Shown: positions 6,430-14,629 of the stretch, piece after piece
Numbering within the stretch: the first letter of the stretch is position 1
How the letters are laid out: the number at the start of each line of letters is the position of its first letter
Virus record (IMG/VR): IMGVR_UViG_3300022198_000011
Direction: 5' to 3' (one strand)
DNA from: an uncultured virus (IMG/VR IMGVR_UViG_3300022198_000011)
Taxonomy: Duplodnaviria > Heunggongvirae > Uroviricota > Caudoviricetes
Length of the DNA stretch: 64,000 bases
Translations under genes and position numbers: made by a program
The notes under the pieces: model-generated
Seen by the model: the letters and a program-made list of their open reading frames with translations, nothing else
Database searches by the model: none
What the model was told of the DNA's origin: nothing

Positions 6430-9399
6430 ATGACATCCTCGTTCGACCCGGACGATGTTGAAAAGTTCTTTCCAGCGATTGCCGCTGTCGCACGAGCCGG
6501 TCTTGGTGCAGCCAAAGCAGGGGCTAAAGCCGCAGGTAAAGCAGCAAGCGCTACCGCAGGTGCAGCCAAAACAGGGGTCGGTAAAGTCGCCGATGCTGCT
6601 AAGACCGCTGGCTCTAACATCACAGAGGGTCTTGGAGAACTCAGAGAGCAAGCCAGCGCCGCTATGCAGAGCGGCACGCCGCAAAACAAAAAATTGCAGC
6701 GAACCATGATGGTTCAACAAAGCATTCAACAGCGGCAGCAGGCAGCCGAGCAGCGAAAGCGGGAGCAGGAGCAACGAGCCACTGAGATGGCTCGCAGTGC
6801 AGCATCTACGGGGACAACCATTGGTAAATCTGACGAAGCGTTCGAGATTGATTACAATGAGCCTTCACATCTTGAAACTGGGACACTCAATCCTGATGAT
6901 ATGTGTCAACTCTGCAAAGAGCAACCCGCACAATACAAAACTGGATATTCGGCACGAGGTCGACCGCATAGCCCAGTTACCTACAACCTCTGTGAATCGT
7001 GCTTTGACTCGTTCAGTCACGGAGGGCAAATGTCAACCTATTCCCAATTCATCAAAGGTGAACCGATGGACTTTGCTTGGCGGTTGTTGAAAGAAGAAGT
7101 GCTCGGTGGCGACCAACACGCTTCTACCGGGGACCCTCGTTTTTGGGACATCATGAGGCATTACGGTTACTACGACCCTTACGCTATCAATCAAGCCTTT
7201 GAACCATACCCACTTCAGCAAATGAGTGAACTGACACCTCATGTTGACGAACTCCTCGCATCTTACGGTTATGAGCCGTATTACTTCGGCGGGCGTTATC
7301 CGATGCCCGACCTCAACAAAAAGAATTACGAAACTGGTCATCTCGCGATTTACGACCCGGAAGTTCGCACGGCTGGGTTCAGTGACACGGCATTTACCGA
7401 CAACTGGCGAAAATTGCACGAACTCGGGCATGCCCTTGGTCTTGAAGACATCAACGCAAAGTGGGGTGAAGGTCGTCGCTTAGGGAAACTCGGCGTTCGC
7501 ACTCCTCGTGAAATGTTGCGTGCAGTCGACTGGGAGCGTGCGGCCATGGAAAATCAACGAGATTTGATGAACGAGGTTGGTCTACAAATTACCCCTGAGG
7601 CTCGCTATAACAGGGATTGGAACACGACGATTGGCGATGCTGCTTTCCGGGCCATTACTGGGAAGTTCACATCCCCTGAAACAGAGGGCTTTGTTCCCTT
7701 CAGCGAGAAAATACCTTTGGACATCGCCATGCGAAAAGTCCGTGAGCGTGCGGATGAGTTGGGACTCGACATGGATGAGACATTGAGAGACAAGCGAGGT
7801 GGCGCTCGCAAAATTGCATCAGAGCCGATGGACCTCGCTTGGCGTCTGCTCAAGCAGCAGACCTTCAACGACTACTTCGGCATCAAAGACCAGTGGGTTT
7901 CACTGCCCAAAGAAGGTATGGATGAGCGGCCTGAACTCTACAATGAAGTGGCTGAGGCCATGAACATCGCCTATGCTCCGATTGGCGGCCATGCTAAATA
8001 CAAGAACGCCGATGACCTTCGTGGCGAAAGTAAGCATGCTCGCTACGACTTGATTGACAACGACGAAGACCCGTATGTCGACGCTGCGCATGTTTTCCAA
8101 GAAACTGAGCACGGCTTCAAGTCATCAGTGCTTGGACAAGACGGCTCTCAGGCCGGTAGGCGTGCTGTTGTTGGTCACGCCGTTGAAGCGATGAACACAC
8201 CGGGGCATTTCATGGAGGCCAGCGGTCCAATGGCTTCGGTGCTTGAGCGCAATCAAGTCGGTGTCGTCGAGAGTCCTGAGATGATTCAACGAGTGTTGGC
8301 GGGTAAGGACATTCGCATGCACCCCGATGGCGGAGGCGTCTACACTCGCACCATTGGAGACGAAGAGCACGACAAGCGTATCTTTGGTCAACCGCTTGAG
8401 AACGCAGTCGCCGTTACTCAACCTTTCATGGAGCAAGTCTACAACCGACAAAGCATGACCAATCCGTTCGACCTCTTTGGAAAATCAGATGAGTTTATAG
8501 ACGAAGCGTTTGACATGGGTTATCCCCTCATTCCTTACGATGAACTGCATGACAAGCAACGAGTCATCGCTGACTTTATCTCCAACAAAGATGGGCAGCA
8601 TGTTCCATCTTACTGGACTGACCCGGCCAGTCGTGAATATGAAACTGAATACTACAGCGGCATGTTTCGGTCGGACAAACACCATCTTTACCCTGATGAA
8701 GCGTATGACCAATATCATCGTTACCTGCAGCATTACTTTGATGCTGCAAAAGACACCGCCGCTCTACCTCGTGAAAAGCAGTTTTTCTTGATGTCACAAG
8801 AGGCTAAATCGCACCCTGAACATCCCAACAACATCGCTCTTGCTCGAATGGCTGAGGAGTTTCCTGAATGGGATGTCGAAAATCCCCATAAAGCCTTTTG
8901 GGAACGCTATAATAAATCTCAAGGAGGGCTTGCGTCTCGCATGGCATCCGGCGGCTTCCTTCGCTCGGAAGTGCTTGTTAAAGAGCGCAAATCACCTGAG
9001 GCCATGCGTCACAAGCGGGAATACGACGCTGCTTACAACAAGCGTCCTGACCAAGTCAAGTATCGTGAAGAATTGAACCAAGAGCGACGACGCCGTGGAA
9101 TCATGGGAAGTCACAATCACATGGATGTCAGTCACACACAAGGCCATCGCTTGACCCTTGAGCCTGAGCATTCCAATCGGGCTCGCCACTTCAGGGAAAA
9201 GGGCACACTGCGTGTGGTGAAATCAATGAAAGAGGACCTTGAACTCCTACGCAACTTGATGCAGGGTCCAATGGATGAGCAAGACAAGAAAATCGCTACG
9301 GCCATGGTCGGCATGCTCGAAGAGCGCCACGGTGAAGACGAAGACGATAAGGATGACCTGACCCGCCCGATGTTTGGCGGTGGCGACCTCTTCCTCTGA
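6430..9399 (+). CDS. 989-aa multi-module polyprotein-like protein (Ala/Gln-rich region, Zn finger, HExxH peptidase-like, HNH-like)
   Basis: CQLC...CESC; LHELGHALG; internal EPMDFAWRLLK (7060) and EPMDLAWRLLK (7822); GKSDE twice; basic C-terminal module with DVSH...SNRARH. Confidence 0.75.
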   Translation: MTSSFDPDDVEKFFPAIAAVARAGLGAAKAGAKAAGKAASATAGAAKTGVGKVADAAKTAGSNITEGLGELREQASAAMQSGTPQNKKLQRTMMVQQSIQQRQQAAEQRKREQEQRATEMARSAASTGTTIGKSDEAFEIDYNEPSHLETGTLNPDDMCQLCKEQPAQYKTGYSARGRPHSPVTYNLCESCFDSFSHGGQMSTYSQFIKGEPMDFAWRLLKEEVLGGDQHASTGDPRFWDIMRHYGYYDPYAINQAFEPYPLQQMSELTPHVDELLASYGYEPYYFGGRYPMPDLNKKNYETGHLAIYDPEVRTAGFSDTAFTDNWRKLHELGHALGLEDINAKWGEGRRLGKLGVRTPREMLRAVDWERAAMENQRDLMNEVGLQITPEARYNRDWNTTIGDAAFRAITGKFTSPETEGFVPFSEKIPLDIAMRKVRERADELGLDMDETLRDKRGGARKIASEPMDLAWRLLKQQTFNDYFGIKDQWVSLPKEGMDERPELYNEVAEAMNIAYAPIGGHAKYKNADDLRGESKHARYDLIDNDEDPYVDAAHVFQETEHGFKSSVLGQDGSQAGRRAVVGHAVEAMNTPGHFMEASGPMASVLERNQVGVVESPEMIQRVLAGKDIRMHPDGGGVYTRTIGDEEHDKRIFGQPLENAVAVTQPFMEQVYNRQSMTNPFDLFGKSDEFIDEAFDMGYPLIPYDELHDKQRVIADFISNKDGQHVPSYWTDPASREYETEYYSGMFRSDKHHLYPDEAYDQYHRYLQHYFDAAKDTAALPREKQFFLMSQEAKSHPEHPNNIALARMAEEFPEWDVENPHKAFWERYNKSQGGLASRMASGGFLRSEVLVKERKSPEAMRHKREYDAAYNKRPDQVKYREELNQERRRRGIMGSHNHMDVSHTQGHRLTLEPEHSNRARHFREKGTLRVVKSMKEDLELLRNLMQGPMDEQDKKIATAMVGMLEERHGEDEDDKDDLTRPMFGGGDLFL

Positions 9400-9404
9400 G
9401 CCCC

Positions 9405-9545
9405 TATACGCATACGCATAAAGAGGAAGGTTGTCCATGTTGTATAGTTTATATTATTTACAATAGTAGTAGTATAATATGTTGTAAGGACTTTTTTCAA
9501 GACAACCTGAACAACCAGCGACAACCAGCCGAGGAAGGTTTATCT
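9405..9545. other. AT-rich intergenic element flanked by GTTGT/ACAAC repeats (origin-like or regulatory)
   Basis: AT-rich core about 9440-9485; AGGTTGTC (9428) and GACAACCT (9501) are inverted; ACAACC x3; GAGGAAGGTT direct repeat at 9423 and 9531. Confidence 0.5.
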
Positions 9546-9577
9546 CTACCTGCTCAGTGCCCTCACCAGTGGTCGCT

Positions 9578-10147
9578 ATGGATGATGACACGCAGCACGA
9601 AGCAGAAATCCGCCTTCTTGGCTTGATTCTCGCACAGTCAACGCTGGTTGGAGTCGGCATCGGACTCTTTGATGCTGACATATGGCTAAAGAACGAAACA
9701 CCGATGTTGAATGGATTTACCTACGCCATGGGGGCGTTCTTCATCCAAGGCATCGCTTACTACATGTTCAAGGTCTTTTTTGAGCAAGGCATGCGAGAGC
9801 GTGCTCGTATGTCACAGATTGACCGAGAACGCAACAGCAAGTATCGCACCATGCAGTATTCCTTCGACCAGCGCCGTGCTGAAATGGAACTGCGAATGCA
9901 GGAAGCCCAACTCGAAAAGGAGTTGCGGTGGATGGAAGCCAATCCCGGTCAAATGCCTCCGAGTTGGGGCGTCCAAGGTGGCTCACCTTCACTGGTTGGA
10001 ACCTACGACCAGCAGCGTGCTGACAACATGCGCATTCCCACTCATGCCGCTCAAGCCCCCGCTCCACTTAGCCTCGGCGTCGAAGAAGAGGTAAAGTCAG
10101 ATGTTCCTCGAAAAAAGGACGGCACATTCGCCAAGAAGGGTGAGTGA
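9578..10147 (+). CDS. Membrane protein with two TM helices and a coiled coil
   Basis: Hydrophobic segments LLGLILAQSTLVGVGIGLF and FTYAMGAFFIQGIAYYMF, then a charged helical region; ATG 9578 preferred over GTG 9557. Confidence 0.7.
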   Translation: MDDDTQHEAEIRLLGLILAQSTLVGVGIGLFDADIWLKNETPMLNGFTYAMGAFFIQGIAYYMFKVFFEQGMRERARMSQIDRERNSKYRTMQYSFDQRRAEMELRMQEAQLEKELRWMEANPGQMPPSWGVQGGSPSLVGTYDQQRADNMRIPTHAAQAPAPLSLGVEEEVKSDVPRKKDGTFAKKGE

Positions 10148-10152
10148 AGTGC

Positions 10153-10407
10153 ATGGGTCGTATTTTCAAGACGGTGTCGGACAATGCAACTGAAGAAACC
10201 CTTCGAGCGATTCATCTTGCTAACACGGTTGATACGGCATATGAACGAACATTGGGATGGGTCAAAGCGCTCATCGCATCTTTTCTAACCGCTCTCGTCG
10301 TAAGCGGCATCGAGTTTCATAACACCGAGTTCAGCGTCTATGAATCAACGATTGATTGGACAGTTGAAAAACTCAAAGACTTCACCAACTGGTTGAAGTG
10401 GTGGTAG
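10153..10407 (+). CDS. Small membrane protein
   Basis: WVKALIASFLTALVVSGI hydrophobic helix; amphipathic Trp-rich C-terminus. Confidence 0.65.
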   Translation: MGRIFKTVSDNATEETLRAIHLANTVDTAYERTLGWVKALIASFLTALVVSGIEFHNTEFSVYESTIDWTVEKLKDFTNWLKWW

Positions 10408-10417
10408 AGGTGAGTCG

Positions 10418-11143
10418 ATGGTTGAACCTGCAGGGACGGCACTGGTTGGCGCTGCCGTGTGGGGACAGTCCCTCTACAATTCGTGGCGACCACGACGAGT
10501 CGGCATCTACGGAGCCCCCAAAGTCGGAAAAACAACCCTTGACCGATTCATGACCACGCCCGGTGAGATGGAAGCCATTCCTGACGAGGAGCGGACCACG
10601 CACGAAAAAATGTTCAAAATCATCGGGGCTTACAGCATGCCCACGCCGACACGCAAACGCATCGGCTGGGACGGGCAGAAGCGAGTCGTTTATTCGGCCG
10701 ATGTCGGTGGGCAAGAGCGGTTTTGGAACCTGTGGATTGAGGATATGGTTACGCGTGGAGTGGAGGCTGTGGTCTACATGTTTGACGAGCGGGCCTTCAA
10801 AGGAGGCGATGAGGGTCTGCAACAGATTGCAGGCTTCCGTTTTCTTGTCGACCGTCTTATCACCCGTGATTACCGCTATCGTTCGCTACGCTCTCGACTT
10901 AAAGGACGCCGCTACGCTCCTCGGGTTGTCATGTTGGTGGCCAATAAGGCTGACCGCTTCTTCGATGAGACAGCGTCCAAGTTATGGCACGACGGTCGTA
11001 TCGGTGAACACAAAGTCTTCGACCCCTTTCGTGATGACCTCATTCGTCTGCAAAAAGCAGGCATACCGTCAAAGCGCTCTTTCATGGCGACGCGCATCGG
11101 TTGGAATGTTGAAAAAACGATGGTTGACCTGTTGACCTCATGA
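10418..11143 (+). CDS. Ras-superfamily (Arf/Rab-like) small GTPase
   Basis: G1 GAPKVGKTT, G3 DVGGQERF, G4 NKAD, AVVYMFD strand; GAGGTGA SD upstream. Confidence 0.88.
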   Translation: MVEPAGTALVGAAVWGQSLYNSWRPRRVGIYGAPKVGKTTLDRFMTTPGEMEAIPDEERTTHEKMFKIIGAYSMPTPTRKRIGWDGQKRVVYSADVGGQERFWNLWIEDMVTRGVEAVVYMFDERAFKGGDEGLQQIAGFRFLVDRLITRDYRYRSLRSRLKGRRYAPRVVMLVANKADRFFDETASKLWHDGRIGEHKVFDPFRDDLIRLQKAGIPSKRSFMATRIGWNVEKTMVDLLTS

Positions 11144-11189
11144 TTGACCTGTGGGGAACCCTTTTATTTGAAGCACACTTGGTGAAAGC

Positions 11190-11396
11190 ATGGGCAGGAA
11201 TGTGACCACGACCACGCTGCACGCTGCGTCGTCTAAGACCGGTAGCCTGCGGACCACTGTTCCCATGTGGATTATCAATCACTTCAACCTATCAGCCGGA
11301 GACGATGTGGATTGGCGCTTCCATGTGCAGGACGGGAAGATGGTCGTTGTCATGGCTCCTGTGGAGGGTGCTTCTCATGATGCTGCGACCGAATAA
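11190..11396 (+). CDS. AbrB/MazE/SpoVT-type DNA-binding protein
   Basis: GSLRTTVPMWIINHFNLSAGDDVDW swapped-hairpin pattern; TTTTATTT at 11162, 28 nt upstream. Confidence 0.75.
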   Translation: MGRNVTTTTLHAASSKTGSLRTTVPMWIINHFNLSAGDDVDWRFHVQDGKMVVVMAPVEGASHDAATE

Positions 11397-12318
11397 TCCA
11401 TCTTTGTATCAAACCAACGAAGCGCATCTTGCGATGTTGGCTGCACAGGGCAACGAGCAATTGACTCAAGCCGCACTTGCTGAAATGATGGCTGCTCAAC
11501 AAGGCATGCAGCGAATTGCTGCTGCTCAAAACATCGAGGTGCCGAAGGTCAACTTCTATCCCAGCACTCACCCCGACCCTCGCAAGGCTCGCCGTCGTGA
11601 CATTAAGCAGGCTTACAAATTACTGCGTCCCGCTAAACGGAGTCGTATTTCACCGCTGCGCTGGCTTGGTAACAAGTTCCGTTACGACAAGGACACTGGG
11701 ACCTGCGTCATTGATGGTTGTAACTGTGCTGCGTTGATTCAGCATGACAACCTCTACATGCGCATTTGCGACGAAGATAGCGGTCGTAGTCTGTGGGAGA
11801 TGTATTGGTCGAACCCCGTTACCGGTCAGCCCGAGGCGTTTATCGCTCGTGACCGCGTCACCAGCGGTAAAAAGATGCGAGGGACTTACTGTCCTGAGCA
11901 CCTCCATCTTTTCCATCTTCTGACCAAGTGGGAGTCCGAAGAGGACAAGCAGAGCGAGATGAACCCGAACCGTTTGCGTGACAAAGTTAAGCGAGGCGTG
12001 TCTATCGTGACCGTGCCTGTGTCTTCAGTGAGGCAAAAGGACCCGCAACCTGCGATGCTGCAAAAGTATGAACCCTTCTTTGCTGAACTTGAGCGTGACC
12101 AAGGCAAAACAAAGGGCATCAGCATCCTTCATTACAAAAACCCCGAGACAGGCATCAACGATGTCACGATGATTGTCTTCGACCTGCGCATTTTCCAGCA
12201 TGAAATGCAGCAGATGAACATGCCTACAGCGGAGTTCCAAGCCTTGCTTGCACAACAACAGGCCATGTTGATGCCTCAACAGAACCTTGATGGCGAAGGA
12301 GTCGCTGGGCAGGTGTGA
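11377..12318 (+). CDS. Hypothetical protein with Gln-rich ends and a Cys/His cluster
   Basis: GGAGGGTG SD before ATG 11377; CVIDGCNC...YCPEH. Confidence 0.7.
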   Translation: MMLRPNNPSLYQTNEAHLAMLAAQGNEQLTQAALAEMMAAQQGMQRIAAAQNIEVPKVNFYPSTHPDPRKARRRDIKQAYKLLRPAKRSRISPLRWLGNKFRYDKDTGTCVIDGCNCAALIQHDNLYMRICDEDSGRSLWEMYWSNPVTGQPEAFIARDRVTSGKKMRGTYCPEHLHLFHLLTKWESEEDKQSEMNPNRLRDKVKRGVSIVTVPVSSVRQKDPQPAMLQKYEPFFAELERDQGKTKGISILHYKNPETGINDVTMIVFDLRIFQHEMQQMNMPTAEFQALLAQQQAMLMPQQNLDGEGVAGQV

Positions 12319-12986
12319 GTCAGATGTTTAACTTCAGCCAGCCCCAACCCAGCAGTGGATTGAATCTTTCGGCCACTGGAGCCCCAATGAGTGGGATGAA
12401 CGCCATGCAGCAGGGTGGTATAGGCCTTGGTGTGAACACCATGCAACCTCAGCAGAACACCTTCATGTCCGGCATGGTCGGTGGTATGGGAATGCAACAG
12501 CAGTATGGTCAAATGCAACAATATGCTCAACAACCGATTGCTCCTCCCAGTGAAATGGAGATTCTCAACGCTCTGCTTCAATCGCAGAACCCTATCCATC
12601 GCTTTATTGCTACTGGCGGTCTTGCTGCAGTCATTGACCTCGTGGCTACGGCTACCTCACTTTCGTTGCTCAACATCCTGAAGGACGCTACTTTCGTCAT
12701 TGATGATGATGAAGGAACGATGAAACTCAATATCGCTTCGTTGCCCGACTCACTCAAAACGCTCAGTGCTGAGAATGTCGCTATGGTTCTCAATCAAATC
12801 GTGAACAACAGCCAGCAGACAATTCAGCAGGCTGAGATGCAGCGTCAACAGATTCTCACCATGAGTCAACAGTCCATGATGGGCGGTGCTCTTCAAGCAG
12901 CATTGGCTGACGAGGGCATGATGGAACGAGTGGGCGGAGGCATTGGAAGCGTCGCACGGTCCTTCATGGGACTACCTAAACAGTGA
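12315..12986 (+). CDS. Gln/Met/Gly-rich hypothetical protein
   Basis: Low-complexity N-terminus; hydrophobic middle segment; GTGA coupling to the previous gene. Confidence 0.7.
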   Translation: MSQMFNFSQPQPSSGLNLSATGAPMSGMNAMQQGGIGLGVNTMQPQQNTFMSGMVGGMGMQQQYGQMQQYAQQPIAPPSEMEILNALLQSQNPIHRFIATGGLAAVIDLVATATSLSLLNILKDATFVIDDDEGTMKLNIASLPDSLKTLSAENVAMVLNQIVNNSQQTIQQAEMQRQQILTMSQQSMMGGALQAALADEGMMERVGGGIGSVARSFMGLPKQ

Positions 12987-12995
12987 GGGATAAAC

Positions 12996-13253
12996 ATGCA
13001 GAGAAACCCACCGAACTATTCGCAGCAAGCCATTACTTCGTTTTCACAAAGTAGTATGCAGGTTTTCGCTCCTTCACGCAGCGTTATCACAGACATGATT
13101 ATGGTGCAGTTCATCAGCATGATTCTGATTTTTGGTTTGATTCTCATGCTCAAGGGCAACACGCTGAGCGCTGACGCAGTCAGCGCCTACCTCATTGGTA
13201 TCATGGTGTCCTCACTCATTCTTGGGCGCATCTACACTCGACTCACTCAATGA
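12996..13253 (+). CDS. Small two-TM membrane protein
   Basis: IMVQFISMILIFGLILML and AVSAYLIGIMVSSLILG. Confidence 0.7.
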   Translation: MQRNPPNYSQQAITSFSQSSMQVFAPSRSVITDMIMVQFISMILIFGLILMLKGNTLSADAVSAYLIGIMVSSLILGRIYTRLTQ

Positions 13254-13481
13254 CCAGCGCCCGAGTGGGCAGTCACCTGAAGGTAACGCAGCCTTCACTT
13301 TGGTAAAGCACCCACACTGACGGCAGACATTCACCGCTTTGAGCAGATACTCGCAATCCATGCAGACTTCTAAACGGCGGATGAACTCTTCTTTGCTAAC
13401 TCGGCGGCGTTTTATGATGTCTTTGCCTGCATTCTTTAGTTCAGTGACTTGTTTCGGGACCCGAGGCACCTTCCTGAACAT
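13212..13481 (-). CDS. Small Cys-rich zinc-binding protein (DUF6171-like pattern)
   Basis: RLEVCMDC...CRQCGC..KVK...CPLGRW; fills the gap between two + strand genes. Confidence 0.7.
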   Translation of the reverse strand: MFRKVPRVPKQVTELKNAGKDIIKRRRVSKEEFIRRLEVCMDCEYLLKAVNVCRQCGCFTKVKAALPSGDCPLGRWSLSESSVDAPKNE

Positions 13482-13514
13482 GCAACGGGGAGAGCGTTTC
13501 TTGAGAAAAGGGTT

Positions 13515-14228
13515 ATGTCCGATGCTGCTTTAGAAGGACGCATGGGGGGTGCGGAGCGTGTCACAAAGCGGTCCTGCCCTTTTTGTCAACATCCGTCTCG
13601 TGAAGAACTTGAACAGGGCATGTTGCTGGGTGAAATAGCAGCCAAGCAACTCGATGAGGACATGGGTTGGCGCTTTAACACCAGCGACCGCCATTACCGC
13701 AACCACATGGGTCAGTTCCACATGGCGTCTAATCCCCAGTGCAAGGTGTGCGCCGACCCACGACGCTCTGAGTTTGAGCAGCGTTACTTTGCTGACGGCT
13801 CTGAATCGGACGCCATCGCAGAAGAGTTGGGCATCCGTGAAGAAAGCGTCTACCACCACATGAAGCATCACTTTCAACCGCTGGTGCAACGCGCAGCCGT
13901 GGCTGAGGTGGCCATGGTTGTCGGTCAAGAGGTTGATACACTGCGCTCGAATGTTGAATTGCTTAATCACAAATTGTCTGAACTGCTTAACGAAGGCAGC
14001 GTGCATGAAGACGGCTTCGTTCGTGACGCTGTGATGCTGCACAAGGAAGTCAGGGAGTCCATCAAGGACCTCGTGAAAATGCAAGAAAACTGGGGCCCGA
14101 CTTCAGAAAACGGCGAGATTCACAACACCATCAACATCCTCAAGGTTGAACTGGGCAAAGAAAGCCCCGAGTCGTGGGCTCGTATTCGTGAGAAACTCAT
14201 TGGGCATGTCGAGGAGGAGTTCGTTTGA
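13515..14228 (+). CDS. Duplicated Zn-finger/HTH protein with coiled coil; terminase small subunit candidate
   Basis: CPFCQHP...HYRNH and CKVCADP...HMKHH repeats, then a helical region; start is 13515 or 13542. Confidence 0.5.
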   Translation: MSDAALEGRMGGAERVTKRSCPFCQHPSREELEQGMLLGEIAAKQLDEDMGWRFNTSDRHYRNHMGQFHMASNPQCKVCADPRRSEFEQRYFADGSESDAIAEELGIREESVYHHMKHHFQPLVQRAAVAEVAMVVGQEVDTLRSNVELLNHKLSELLNEGSVHEDGFVRDAVMLHKEVRESIKDLVKMQENWGPTSENGEIHNTINILKVELGKESPESWARIREKLIGHVEEEFV

Positions 14229-14629
14229 TGGAAGTCCCTGTTCCCGACTTGTTGCAGGTGGCTCATCCCGGCTACCGCCTCGTTATCGCTCGACCTCATC
14301 TCAACGATGAAGACATCATGAGCGTTGTCGACTATGCTCAGCGAATGGCCGAGCGTTTTGAGCACTACGGTCAAATCGTGGTGACAGCACCCTTTTTGTT
14401 TGAAATGCTGAAGGAGAGTTTCCACACTTTGCTCAACAACGATGACCCTTCAGTTGTAATCCCGGTGCGTGAACTTACAGCCCGTTTGCTTCAAGAACAC
14501 GAACACATGACGAACAACATGGTCCGGGCCTTCCCAGTCAACCCGGTCGTTAAAGGCGTCTATACTGACCTCAGCGAAGTGCTCTTCGACGCCTTCGATT
14601 CACTAACTGGAGGTGACATGGATGACTGA
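14228..14629 (+). CDS. Hypothetical protein
   Basis: GAGGAG SD; translationally coupled to its neighbours. Confidence 0.65.
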   Translation: MEVPVPDLLQVAHPGYRLVIARPHLNDEDIMSVVDYAQRMAERFEHYGQIVVTAPFLFEMLKESFHTLLNNDDPSVVIPVRELTARLLQEHEHMTNNMVRAFPVNPVVKGVYTDLSEVLFDAFDSLTGGDMDD

